From the NCBI GenBank assembly GCA_965243025.1, contig CBDETY010000003.1:5344001-5408000 (forward strand): a stretch of DNA of 64,000 nt, in the 5' to 3' direction. Below are positions 26,805 to 36,424 of the stretch, in pieces. The number at the start of each line of letters is the position of its first letter. Position 1 is the stretch's first letter. The notes under the pieces were generated by a model. That model was not told the DNA's origin. It worked only from the letters and a program-made list of their open reading frames with translations, and did not search any database. Source of the stretch: Candidatus Latescibacterota bacterium (GTDB lineage Bacteria > Latescibacterota > UBA2968 > UBA8231). The translations under genes were made by a program, and so were the position numbers.

Positions 26805-27155
26805 TCAGATTATCTCTAGCACCTGCTGCGGCGGCCGTCCGAGGCGGGCGCGGCCGCCGGCGACGACTATCGGGCGCTCGATCAGGATCGGGTGGGCGGC
26901 CATCGCCGCGATCAGCGCCTCGCGGTCGTCGAGCCTGGCGGCGAGGCCGAGGTCGGCGTACTCCTCCTCTTTCGAGCGCAGCAGGTCCGCCGGTCCGATC
27001 TCAAGGAGGCGCAGCAGGCGCTCGAGGGTCTCCTCGTCGGGGGGGGACTTCAGGTACTCGACGACCGTCGGCTCGATGCCGCGCTCGCGCAGCAGCGCGA
27101 GGGTCTCGCGGCTCTTGCTGCAGCCGGGGTTGTGGTAGATGGTGACGTCCGTCAT
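26805..27155 (-). CDS. arsC: arsenate reductase (glutaredoxin-type)
   Basis: IYHNPGCSKSR, HPILIERPIV and GRPP. Confidence 0.92.
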   Translation of the reverse strand: MTDVTIYHNPGCSKSRETLALLRERGIEPTVVEYLKSPPDEETLERLLRLLEIGPADLLRSKEEEYADLGLAARLDDREALIAAMAAHPILIERPIVVAGGRARLGRPPQQVLEII

Positions 27156-27261
27156 GGTTCCTCGCAGGGCCGGTGAAGTTTGTGAAGTTTGACAGTCGCG
27201 GCGGATTGCGATAATTAACCGCCCCTCCTGACCGAGCTGATTTCTGCAGAAAGGTCGATCG

Positions 27262-28230
27262 ATGTCCTTCAAATTCGTGCTTCTGCCGCCTCCGGGCGAC
27301 TTCCTGCACCGCATGGCCGCCAGAATCGAGGCGGCCGTTCCCGAGGCGAACGTCGTCGTCTGCGAGGACCGCGCCCGGGCGCTCGAGGAGCTGGCCGATG
27401 CGCCGGCTGCCTTCGGATTCATGGACCCGGAGCTGCTGGCGACCGCCGGCGGCCTCAAGTGGCTGGCGTGCCCTGCGGCCGGCCCCGCCCCGAGCTTCTA
27501 TTTTCCCGAGCTGGTCGCCAGCGACGTCGTCGTCACCAACACGCGCGGCATCTACTCCGACCATATCGGCGTCCACATCATGGCTTTCGTGCTGGCGTTC
27601 GCCCGCCACCTGCACGTCTACCTTCCGGCGCAGCAGCGGGGGGAGTGGCGTCCCGGCGGCGAAGGGGGGGCGTCGATTCACCTTCCCGAGGCCACGGCCG
27701 TCATCATCGGGGTCGGCGGCATCGGGTCGGAAACCGCCCGGCACTGCTCCCACTTCGGCATGCGCGTGATAGGAATCGATCCGCGGGTTGCCGAGGCGCC
27801 CGAAGGGGTCGACGAGCTGTACTCCCCGGAGGCGCTCGACGAGCAGCTCGGCCGCGGGGATTTCGTCATCCTGACGGCCCCGCAGACGCCCCGGATGGAG
27901 CGGCTCATCGACAGACAGCGGCTCGCGTGCATGAAGACCAGCGGCATTCTCATCAACATAGGACGGGGCGCCAACGTCGTCATCGAAGATCTCGCCGACG
28001 CCCTGTACGAAGGCAAGATCGGCGGCGCGGCTCTCGACGTCTTCGAGATCGAGCCGCTGCCGCCGGGACACCGGCTGTGGACGGCGCCGAATTTCCTGAT
28101 GACTCCCCACACCGCCGCGTCCGGCCCCTACCTGGAGGAGCGCCGCTTCGAGCTGCAGGTCGAGAACTGCCGGCGCTTCGCCCGCGGCGAGCAGCTGGCA
28201 AACGTCGTCGACAAGGCCAACTGGTTCTGA
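27262..28230 (+). CDS. D-2-hydroxyacid dehydrogenase
   Basis: GVGGIG, INIGRG, LDVFEIEPLP and TPH. Confidence 0.9.
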   Translation: MSFKFVLLPPPGDFLHRMAARIEAAVPEANVVVCEDRARALEELADAPAAFGFMDPELLATAGGLKWLACPAAGPAPSFYFPELVASDVVVTNTRGIYSDHIGVHIMAFVLAFARHLHVYLPAQQRGEWRPGGEGGASIHLPEATAVIIGVGGIGSETARHCSHFGMRVIGIDPRVAEAPEGVDELYSPEALDEQLGRGDFVILTAPQTPRMERLIDRQRLACMKTSGILINIGRGANVVIEDLADALYEGKIGGAALDVFEIEPLPPGHRLWTAPNFLMTPHTAASGPYLEERRFELQVENCRRFARGEQLANVVDKANWF

Positions 28231-28257
28231 GATCTGCCCTGCGGGCAGGCGCAAAGG

Positions 28258-28917
28258 TCAGGAGGTCGAGGGGAAGCGCAGGGAGGAGCCTTTCACCGGG
28301 AGGCTTCCGATTATCAGCAGCCAGCCGCTTGCCTTCGGCTCCTCGACCGACCACTCCTTGATCTCGCCGCCGAGCTTCTTCTGCGCCCTCTCGCACACCT
28401 CGTCGAACGGGGGCCTCCCCGGGTCGGCGATGACAATCTGCTGCACCCCCGCCTTCAAAGCCTTGCGGATCGCCTTGTAGAGCGGGTCGATCATCTCGTC
28501 CCAGAAACAGATCTCGACGCCGATAATCAGGTCGTACCCCGCCATCTGCTTTTTCTTGAGATTCTCGAAGCGCGATCTCCGGTGCGACAGGTCGACGCCG
28601 TTGATCTCGGCGTGGAGGTGCATGTAGGGGAACACGTTGGGGTCGGCGTCGACGCCGGTGACGCTGGCGCCGAACTCCCTGGCGCAGTAGATGCCGGCCA
28701 AGCCCCAGCCGCAGCCGAGCTCCATCACCTTCGCCTGCTCCGGAAGGCCCTGGCGCCGCAGGTAGTCCATTACCAGGAAGCTGGTCTTCCAGAACCGGTC
28801 GCCGTGGATTTCCGGCTCGTTCTCCCTGCTCAGGGCCCGCATCCGGGGGTGTGATTTCTTGAGGATCGTCAGTCCGAACGCGGACCGCTCCGTGCTTCTG
28901 GCCTTCTTTTTGCCCAT
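28258..28917 (-). CDS. class I SAM-dependent methyltransferase
   Basis: ELGCGWGLAG motif I and IADPGR. Confidence 0.85.
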   Translation of the reverse strand: MGKKKARSTERSAFGLTILKKSHPRMRALSRENEPEIHGDRFWKTSFLVMDYLRRQGLPEQAKVMELGCGWGLAGIYCAREFGASVTGVDADPNVFPYMHLHAEINGVDLSHRRSRFENLKKKQMAGYDLIIGVEICFWDEMIDPLYKAIRKALKAGVQQIVIADPGRPPFDEVCERAQKKLGGEIKEWSVEEPKASGWLLIIGSLPVKGSSLRFPSTS

Positions 28918-29067
28918 GAGAAAACGGGGTGGATGGATTAGATTAACCGGCTTGCCTGCCGCTTCGCCGGGAACGCCCGCCGCGGGCCGCAGAAACTACG
29001 AAACCATCCCCTCCCTGCAAGAAATCCGCGGCCCCCGGAAGCCGGCCGCCGAAGGACCTCATACCGT

Positions 29068-30477
29068 TTGATCAACTACCTTGTCGAGCGCTGGCGCGCC
29101 GAGGGCGGTTACCGCGAGTTCCTCGTCATCGCGTTCCCGCTGATCCTCAGCACCGCGGCCTGGAGCGTCCAGCACTTCGTCGACCGCATGTTCCTCACCT
29201 GGTATTCGACGGAGGCGATGGCGGCAGCGCTGCCCGGCGGCATGACGAACTTCGTCTTCGCCAGCTTCTTCATCGGCGTCGCCTCGTACGTCAACACCTT
29301 CGTCGCCCAGTACAACGGCGCGGGACGGCGCCGGCGCGTCGGTCCGGCCCTCTGGCAGGGCGGCTACCTCGCCGTCATCAGCGCCGCCGCCGCAGGCATC
29401 CTCATCCTCCTGGCGCAACCGATCTTCGACCTCATCGGCCACGAGGCGTCGATCCGGGAACAGGAGGTGACCTACTTCAGCATCCTCTGTTTCGGCCATC
29501 CGCCGCTGATCCTGGCGACCGCCCTGTCCTGCTTCTACAGCGGCCGCGGGAGGACCTGGATGGTGTTCAACGTCAACGTCGCCGCCACCGCGGTGAACAT
29601 CGTTCTCGACTACGGCCTCATCTTCGGCAAGTGGGGGCTGCCGGCCTGGGGAATTCGCGGCGCCGCCTGGGCCACCAACCTCGCCGAGGTCTTCGCCGCC
29701 CTGGTTTTCTGCGCACTGCTGTTGCAGGAAAGGTACCGGCGCGAGTTCGCCACCCTTTCCGGCTGGCGCTTCGACCGCGACCTGTTCGGCCGCCTGCTGC
29801 GGTTCGGCGGGCCCAACGGCGTCAACTTCATGTTCGACATGATGTCGTTCGCCCTCTTCATCCTCATCGTGGGCCGCGCCGGGATTCTCGAGCTCACCGC
29901 GACGAACCTCGCCTTCAACATCAACACCCTGGCCTTCATGCCGCTCATCGGCGCCGGCATCGCCGTGTCGACGATGGTGGGACAGCGTCTCGGACAGAAC
30001 CGGCCGGAAGCCGCCGCCTATGCGACCTGGTCCGGCCTGCACCTCGCCCAGCTTTACATGGGCGCCATGGCCCTGGCCTATTTCACCGTGCCGCAGTGGT
30101 TCCTGATGCCGTACGGCATCGGGGCGTCGGGTGAGGACTTCGAGGCCGCGAGGGAGATGGCGCTGCTGCTGCTCAACATCGTCGCCCTGTACTGCCTTTT
30201 CGACGCCGGCTACATAATTTTCACCGCGGCTCTGAAGGGGGCCGGCGACACGCGCTTCATCCTTTTCGCCGCTTTCGCCGCGGGCTGGCTGGTCATGCTC
30301 ATACCTGCGTACGCGGCGCACGTCCTTTTCGACGCCAGCCTCTACGTCCTGTGGGGCTTCCTGTGCGCCTACATCATCACCGCGTCGGGCATCTTCTACT
30401 GGCGCTTCCGGCAGGGCAAGTGGATGCAGATGCGGGTCATCGAGGAAGAGCCGCTGGCCGGGGCGGCGGGAGGGTGA
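29068..30477 (+). CDS. MATE family efflux transporter
   Basis: About 12 TM segments; VDRMFL, VAQY.GA, GIRGAAWAT and LKGAGDT. Confidence 0.92.
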   Translation: MINYLVERWRAEGGYREFLVIAFPLILSTAAWSVQHFVDRMFLTWYSTEAMAAALPGGMTNFVFASFFIGVASYVNTFVAQYNGAGRRRRVGPALWQGGYLAVISAAAAGILILLAQPIFDLIGHEASIREQEVTYFSILCFGHPPLILATALSCFYSGRGRTWMVFNVNVAATAVNIVLDYGLIFGKWGLPAWGIRGAAWATNLAEVFAALVFCALLLQERYRREFATLSGWRFDRDLFGRLLRFGGPNGVNFMFDMMSFALFILIVGRAGILELTATNLAFNINTLAFMPLIGAGIAVSTMVGQRLGQNRPEAAAYATWSGLHLAQLYMGAMALAYFTVPQWFLMPYGIGASGEDFEAAREMALLLLNIVALYCLFDAGYIIFTAALKGAGDTRFILFAAFAAGWLVMLIPAYAAHVLFDASLYVLWGFLCAYIITASGIFYWRFRQGKWMQMRVIEEEPLAGAAGG

Positions 30478-30480
30478 GCC

Positions 30481-31380
30481 ATGGCTGACCTGGTATGGGG
30501 CATCGACCTCGGGGGAACGAAGATCGAGGGCGTCGTGCTGCCCTCGCGGGACTCGGCCGAACCGCTGTGCCGGCTGCGCGTGCCGACCGGGGCCGAGGGG
30601 GGTTACGTCCAGGTGCGCCGCCGCATCTGCGGGCTGGTCGAGGACATGAAGGCGGAGGTCGGCGAGGCCCCGCGGGCAATCGGCATCGGAACTCCGGGGG
30701 TCCTCGATCCGGAGACCGGGCTGATCAAGAACAGCAACACCACCTGCCTGATCGGGGAGCCGCTGCGCGCCGACCTGGAAACCGAGCTCGGCGTAGAGAT
30801 CGCCATGGCCAACGACGCCAACTGCTTCGCCCTGGCCGAGGCGGCCCTGGGAGCCGGCCGGGGGGCGGAGACGGTCTTCGGCATCATCATGGGAACGGGA
30901 GTCGGCGGAGGCGTCGTGGTCGACGGCCGCGTCCTCTACGGCTGCCAGGGGATCGCCGGGGAGTGGGGCCACAACCTCCTCGACCCCGCCGGGCCGGACT
31001 GCTACTGCGGCCGCCGCGGCTGCGTCGAGACCTTTCTTTCGGGCCCCCATCTCGAGCGCTTCTACGAGCAGGCGGCCGGCCGGCGCCGCTCACTGGCCGA
31101 AATCGTCGATCTCCATCGCCTGGGCTCGGACCCGCACGCCACGGCCGCGGTCGAGCGCCTGCTCGACTACTTCGGCAGGGCGCTGGCGGTGGTCGTCAAC
31201 CTGCTCGACCCCCACGTCGTCGTCCTGGGGGGAGGCGTCAGCAACGTCGACCTGCTGTACAGCGAGGGTCCCGGGCGGCTCGCCCGGTGGATGTTCAACG
31301 ACCGCTGCGAGACGCGGATCGCCCGCAACCAGCTCGGGGACAGCGCCGGGGTCTTCGGCGCCGCCATGCTGGTGGCGTGA
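30481..31380 (+). CDS. ROK family sugar kinase (Mak/fructokinase-like)
   Basis: GIDLGGTKIE, NDANCFALAEA, GTGVGGG and GEWGH..C.CG..GCVE. Confidence 0.92.
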   Translation: MADLVWGIDLGGTKIEGVVLPSRDSAEPLCRLRVPTGAEGGYVQVRRRICGLVEDMKAEVGEAPRAIGIGTPGVLDPETGLIKNSNTTCLIGEPLRADLETELGVEIAMANDANCFALAEAALGAGRGAETVFGIIMGTGVGGGVVVDGRVLYGCQGIAGEWGHNLLDPAGPDCYCGRRGCVETFLSGPHLERFYEQAAGRRRSLAEIVDLHRLGSDPHATAAVERLLDYFGRALAVVVNLLDPHVVVLGGGVSNVDLLYSEGPGRLARWMFNDRCETRIARNQLGDSAGVFGAAMLVA

Positions 31381-31389
31381 ATTCCGGGG

Positions 31390-32100
31390 CTACCGCCGCC
31401 GCCGGCGCTTCCACTCCTCGAACTCGGCGAGGGTGCGCTCGTCCGGGGGGTAGTTGCCGACGATGCTCGCCCCGGAGCGGATGCGCTCGAGAATGAAGTC
31501 CTCTCTCTCCTCCATCTCCTCCGCCTCGGCGGCGGCGGTGTCGGCGAGATGCCGCGGGATGACGACCACTCCCTCGCTGTCGCCGACGACGATGTCGCCG
31601 GGAAACACCGCGACCCCGCCGCAGGCGACCGGTACCTGGATCTCGCTGGGATGGTGAATGGTCTTGTTGCTGTGGGCGTTCATCGCCGCCGCGTACGCCG
31701 GGATGCCGATTTCGGCGATCGCCGGGGAGTCTCGGTAGGCGCCGTCGGTGACGATGCCGGCGCCGCCCCTGGCGTGAATCCGCGTCGCCAGGATGTTGCC
31801 CATGGTGCCCGCCGAGGTCTCGCCGCGGGCGTCGATGACGAACACCTCCCCGGCGGCCAGCCGTTCAATGCCGACGCGCTGCGGGTCGGTGAGGTTGTCG
31901 ACCTCGCCGGAGTCGAGGTCTTCGCGCGCCGGGATGTAGCGCAGCGTGTACGCCGGCCCGGCCATCTTCATTCCGGGGCGCAGCGGTTCGACTCCCCGCA
32001 TGAAGGTGTTGCCGAGGCCGTGCGCCTTCAGCACCGAGGTCAGGGTGGCGGTGCTCGGAACCTGGAGCTTTTCGAGGGTTTCCCGGGATACGCCGGTCAT
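31390..32100 (-). CDS. RraA-like/HMG aldolase family protein
   Basis: GPAYTLR, VIDARG, G.VTDG..RD and PGDIVVGD.EGVVVIP. Confidence 0.88.
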   Translation of the reverse strand: MTGVSRETLEKLQVPSTATLTSVLKAHGLGNTFMRGVEPLRPGMKMAGPAYTLRYIPAREDLDSGEVDNLTDPQRVGIERLAAGEVFVIDARGETSAGTMGNILATRIHARGGAGIVTDGAYRDSPAIAEIGIPAYAAAMNAHSNKTIHHPSEIQVPVACGGVAVFPGDIVVGDSEGVVVIPRHLADTAAAEAEEMEEREDFILERIRSGASIVGNYPPDERTLAEFEEWKRRRRR

Positions 32101-32192
32101 GGAAAGGTCCGTGGGTTGCGGATGAGCGGTTGCGGAATGCCGTACAGTAAAGCCCGGCCGCGGACCGTCAAGCGGGCCGGGGAGCCCGGCTC

Positions 32193-32762
32193 ATGCCGCT
32201 AGCGCTGGAACCGGGGCGCCCGGTGCTGGCGCTGTGCGCGGTCATGGCCCGGCCCCCGCTGCTCGACGGCGTCGCCGCCGACCTGGAGAATGAGGTCGGT
32301 CCCGTCGGCTGCCGGGGTCCCGTCTACCGGTTCGACTACACCAGCTACTACGAGGAGGAAATGGGCGGGGACCTCTGCAAGCAGGTCCTCGCCTTTGCGG
32401 ACCTGGTGCCCCCCCACCGCCTCGCGGAACTGAAGGGGCGGGCCATGGAGATCGAGCGGCGCCTGGCGCTGGAAGACGGCGGCCGGGGCCGGCGGCGGAG
32501 CGCCAACATCGATCCGGGGCTGCTGTCGGAGAGCTCCCTGGTTCTGGCGACCGCAAAGTACGGCCGCCACCGCATCGCCGTCGCACCGGGGCTGTACGCC
32601 GAGATCACCCTGCTGTTCGAGCGCGGCCGCTACCGCCCGCAGCCCTGGACCTACGCCGACTACAGGAGCGGAGAGATGCAGGCTTTCCTGCTGGGGCTGC
32701 GGCGCGACCTGCTGGAGCGGCGGCGGCGCGAAAGGCGCCAGCCTCCCGGGCAGGCGAGGTAA
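32193..32762 (+). CDS. DUF4416 family protein
   Basis: FDYTSYYEEEMG, NIDPG, LATAK..HRI and PWTYADY. Confidence 0.8.
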   Translation: MPLALEPGRPVLALCAVMARPPLLDGVAADLENEVGPVGCRGPVYRFDYTSYYEEEMGGDLCKQVLAFADLVPPHRLAELKGRAMEIERRLALEDGGRGRRRSANIDPGLLSESSLVLATAKYGRHRIAVAPGLYAEITLLFERGRYRPQPWTYADYRSGEMQAFLLGLRRDLLERRRRERRQPPGQAR

Positions 32763-33911
32763 TCAGCCGGCCGCGGGGGGCCGGCGCCCGGCAAGCGGCA
32801 CGAACGGCCTCGGGTCCTCCCCGGTGTAAATGTGCCCCGGGCGGATCAGGCGGTTGTTCCCGTGCTGCTCGATGACGTGGGCGGCCCAGCCGGCGGTGCG
32901 GCTGGCGACGAAGATCGGCGTGTACAGGGGGATCGGTATCCCCATCATGTAGTAGGTGTAGCCGCAGGGAAAATCGACGTTGGGGTGGATCCCCTTCTCG
33001 CGTATCATCGTCGCCTCGACGATCTCCCCCATCTCCACCCACATCGATTCTCCGGTCGCCGCGGAGACGGCGCGGGCCACCTGCTTCATCGAGGGGACGC
33101 GCGAGTCGCCCGACTTGTACTCGCGGTGGCCGAAGCCCATGATCTTCTTCTTCTCCGCCAGGGCGTCGAGCACCCACTGCTCCGCTTTCGAGGGGTCGCC
33201 GATCTCGAGCAGCATCGCCATGGCCTGCTCGTTGGCGCCGCCGTGCAGGGCCCCGGCGAGGGCGCCGATGCCGCTGGTAACCGCGGCGTGCAGGTCGCTC
33301 AAGGTCGAGGCGGTCACGCGCGCCGCGAAAGCGGAGGCGTTGTACCCGTGCTCCGCGTAGAGGATCAGGGATACGTCCATGGCCGAGGTTTCGTGCTCCG
33401 CCGGGACGGTGCCCTTGAGCATGTACAGCAGGTTCTCCGCGTGCCCGAGGCCGCCGTCGGGAGCCACCGGATCCTCCCCCCTGCCCAGGCGGTAGCCGGC
33501 GGTGAGCAGGGTGGGGGCCTTGGCTATGAGCCGGACCGCCTTGCGGAGGTTGGCCTCGCGGCTGTTGTCCCCGGCGTTCGGGTCGTGGAGGGCCAGCGCC
33601 GAGATTCCGGTGCGCAGCAGGCTCATCGGGTGCGCGCCGGGCGGCGCCTGCGCCAGGATATCCATCACCTCCCCGGGGAGGGTGCGTTCCGCCGCCAGGG
33701 CGGCGTTGAAGCGGTCGAGCTGCCCGGCGTCCGGCAGGTCTTCGTGGAGAAGCAGGTAGGCGACCTCCTCGTAGCTCGCCCCTTCCGTAAGGGCGACGAG
33801 GTCGTATCCGCGGATGATCAGGCGGTTGCGCTCCACGTCGATCCGGGAGATCGCGGATTCGCCGCCGATCACCCCCTCCAGACCGGGGCTGTAGACTGGC
33901 GTTTCAGACAT
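32763..33911 (-). CDS. prpC: 2-methylcitrate synthase/citrate synthase
   Basis: GLEGV, YAEHGYNAS, LHGGANE, MGFGHR and PNVDF; adjacent to prpB. Confidence 0.85.
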   Translation of the reverse strand: MSETPVYSPGLEGVIGGESAISRIDVERNRLIIRGYDLVALTEGASYEEVAYLLLHEDLPDAGQLDRFNAALAAERTLPGEVMDILAQAPPGAHPMSLLRTGISALALHDPNAGDNSREANLRKAVRLIAKAPTLLTAGYRLGRGEDPVAPDGGLGHAENLLYMLKGTVPAEHETSAMDVSLILYAEHGYNASAFAARVTASTLSDLHAAVTSGIGALAGALHGGANEQAMAMLLEIGDPSKAEQWVLDALAEKKKIMGFGHREYKSGDSRVPSMKQVARAVSAATGESMWVEMGEIVEATMIREKGIHPNVDFPCGYTYYMMGIPIPLYTPIFVASRTAGWAAHVIEQHGNNRLIRPGHIYTGEDPRPFVPLAGRRPPAAG

Positions 33912-33926
33912 CGATCAGCGGTCCTG

Positions 33927-34088
33927 GTGTCCCGTCGCAGAAAAAGATTGACAAAATCGGGATGCCGAGGCGCCCGGCTCACCAGGCGCCTGAGCGAGTC
34001 GTACCGAGGGTGTACGGCGAGCGAAGGCAACGCCGTGAGCCGGGATGGATCGGCGTCCCAATGTCGAGAAATTCCTGCGACGGGGCAC
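33927..34088. mobile_element. MITE-like element family 1, long copy
   Basis: Terminal inverted repeats GTGTCCCGTCGCAG / CTGCGACGGGGCAC, nested internal palindromes, homolog at 44890-44983; abuts the prpB TAG stop. Confidence 0.7.
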
Positions 34089-34996
34089 TATGATGGTTTT
34101 TCCGGGTGCGCCCCGGCGAGGTCGGCGTCCGTCTTCAGGTACTCGTCGTAGCGCAGCAGGTCGTACAGCTCCCGGCGCGTCTGCATGCGGTCCTTCAGGG
34201 CGCTCGGGGTCCCCCGCTCCTTGAGCTCGGCGAGCACCCCTTCGACCGCTTTCATCATGACGCGGAAAGCCGTCATCGGGAAGATCACCATGCGGTAGCC
34301 GAGGTCGCCGAACTGTTGCGCCGTGAGGTCGGGCGTCTTCCCGAACTCGGTCATGTTGGCCAGCAGGGTCCCCTGCACGAGGTCGGCGTAACGCCCGAAC
34401 TCCTCCTCGGTTTCCAGGGCTTCGATGAAGATCGCGTCGGCTCCGGACTCGAGGTAGCGCCGCCCGCGCTCCACCGCCGCGTCGAACCCCTCGACGGCGC
34501 GCGCGTCGCAGCGCGCGATCAGGGCGAAGTCCGGGTTCTCGCGGGCCGCGGCGGCCGCCGCGAGCTTGCGCTGCATCTCCTCCGTGGAGATCAGGGTCTT
34601 GCCCTCCAGATGGCCGCAGCGCTTGGGGGCCTGCTGGTCCTCGAGGTGGATGCCGGCGAGGCCGGCGCGCTCGAAGGCCTGGACGGTCCGCATCACCTGC
34701 AGGGCCTCGCCGAAGCCGGTGTCGGCGTCGCAGATCGCCGGGATCTCGACCGCCCGGGCGATGTACCCGGCCTCGCGGACCACCTCCTCCATGCCGAGCA
34801 GGCCGATGTCGGGGAAGCCCGCGGTGCCGTTGATCAGCCCCGCCCCGGAGATGTAGAGCGCCTCGAAGCCGGTGCGCTCGGCGAGCATGGCCACCGGGGC
34901 GTTGAACACCCCCGGCATGACGACGGTCCTTTCGGCGATGGCGCGGCGGAACGCGGCGCACTTGCGGGCCGGTGATTTTCGCGGCCTCAGAAGCAA
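34088..34996 (-). CDS. prpB: methylisocitrate lyase (start approximate, TTG at 34996)
   Basis: D.DTGFG, HLEDQ..PKRCGH and ANMTEFGKTP. Confidence 0.92.
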   Translation of the reverse strand: MLLRPRKSPARKCAAFRRAIAERTVVMPGVFNAPVAMLAERTGFEALYISGAGLINGTAGFPDIGLLGMEEVVREAGYIARAVEIPAICDADTGFGEALQVMRTVQAFERAGLAGIHLEDQQAPKRCGHLEGKTLISTEEMQRKLAAAAAARENPDFALIARCDARAVEGFDAAVERGRRYLESGADAIFIEALETEEEFGRYADLVQGTLLANMTEFGKTPDLTAQQFGDLGYRMVIFPMTAFRVMMKAVEGVLAELKERGTPSALKDRMQTRRELYDLLRYDEYLKTDADLAGAHPEKPS

Positions 34997-35099
34997 CGGC
35001 AGGGACCTTGGGCAGGATTGTTTCGCATCGTCAGCTCCGGGAACACGAACACCCCCGTGCCATGGACGAGGGCCGCCCGGCAGCAATGGTGAAGCGGCA

Positions 35100-36398
35100 T
35101 CACCGGCCGCCTTCCAGGCCGGCGCCCGCAATCGTCGCGTCGCGGTCGGCCCCGACCGAGACCAGCGACACCGGGGCGCCGCTGAGCTCGCTGATGCGCC
35201 CGACGTAGCCGCGCGCCGCTTCGGGAAGCTCCTCGATTCTGCGGGCGCCGGTGGTCGGGGTGCACCATCCGGGCAGCTCCTCGTAGATCGGGGTGCAGCG
35301 CTCGAGCACGCCGGAATCCATCGGGAACTCCTCGACCGTCTCGCCCTCGAGCCGGTACCCCGTGCACAGCTTCAGCCGGTCGACGGTATCGAGGATGTCG
35401 AGCCGGGTGATCGCCAGGCTCGTCAGGCCGTTGACGAGCCGCGCCCGGCGCAGGATCGTCGCGTCGAACCAGCCGCAGCGCCGCGGCCGCCCGGTGGTCG
35501 CCCCGTACTCCATGCCGAGCTCGCGAATGCGGTCCCCCTCCCTGCCGAGCAGCTCGGTCGGGAAGGGGCCGTTGCCGACCCGGGTCGTGTACGCCTTGGT
35601 GACCCCGATGACCTCGTCGATACGCGTCGGCCCGATGCCGGTGCCGGTGCAGGCGCCTCCCGCGGTCGTGTTCGACGAGGTGACGAACGGGTAGGTGCCG
35701 TGGTCGATGTCGAGGAGGGTTCCCTGGGCGCCCTCGAACAGCACAGTCCTGCCGTCGTCGAGCATGCGGTTGAGCAGCACCGAGGTATCGGTCACGTAGG
35801 GGCGCAGGCGCTCGGCGCTGGCGAGGCAGGAATCGATGATGGCCCCTTCGTCGAGAGGCTCCTGCCCGTAGATGCGGGTGAGGATCCGGTTTTTCGCCCT
35901 GACCGTGCCGGTCAGCTTCTCCCGCAGGGGACCGGCGTCGAGCAGGTCGATCACTCTCAGGCCGTGGACCCTTTCTACCTTGTCGCGATAGGAGGGCCCG
36001 ATGCCGCGCAGGGTCGTGCCGAGCTTCTCGTTTCCCCGGCTCTCCTCGCCCGCCTTTTCGAGCACCTTGTGATACGGCATCACGAGATGGGCGGTGGCGC
36101 TGATGAACAGGCGCCCGTCCACCGAGACCCCGCGCCCCGACAGTTCGTCGAGCTCCTGCAACAGCGCCTCCGGGTCGAGAACCACCCCGTTGCCGATGAC
36201 GCAGGTCTTGCCGGGGTGCAGGATGCCGGCGGGAATGACGTGAAAGATGAAGACGTCGTCCCCGACCTTGACGGTGTGCCCCGCGTTCGCACCCCCCTGG
36301 TAGCGCACCACGCAGTCCGCATCGACGGTGAGATAGTCGACGACCTTGGCCTTTCCCTCGTCTCCCCATTGGGCGCCGAGAACCACTTTGGTCGGCAT
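35100..36398 (-). CDS. purA: adenylosuccinate synthase
   Basis: GAQWGDEGKAK, GGANAGHT, EGAQG.LLD.DHGTYP and GATTGRPRRCGW. Confidence 0.98.
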   Translation of the reverse strand: MPTKVVLGAQWGDEGKAKVVDYLTVDADCVVRYQGGANAGHTVKVGDDVFIFHVIPAGILHPGKTCVIGNGVVLDPEALLQELDELSGRGVSVDGRLFISATAHLVMPYHKVLEKAGEESRGNEKLGTTLRGIGPSYRDKVERVHGLRVIDLLDAGPLREKLTGTVRAKNRILTRIYGQEPLDEGAIIDSCLASAERLRPYVTDTSVLLNRMLDDGRTVLFEGAQGTLLDIDHGTYPFVTSSNTTAGGACTGTGIGPTRIDEVIGVTKAYTTRVGNGPFPTELLGREGDRIRELGMEYGATTGRPRRCGWFDATILRRARLVNGLTSLAITRLDILDTVDRLKLCTGYRLEGETVEEFPMDSGVLERCTPIYEELPGWCTPTTGARRIEELPEAARGYVGRISELSGAPVSLVSVGADRDATIAGAGLEGGR

Positions 36399-36424
36399 GG
36401 CTGCTCTCCTACCTGCCTCTCATG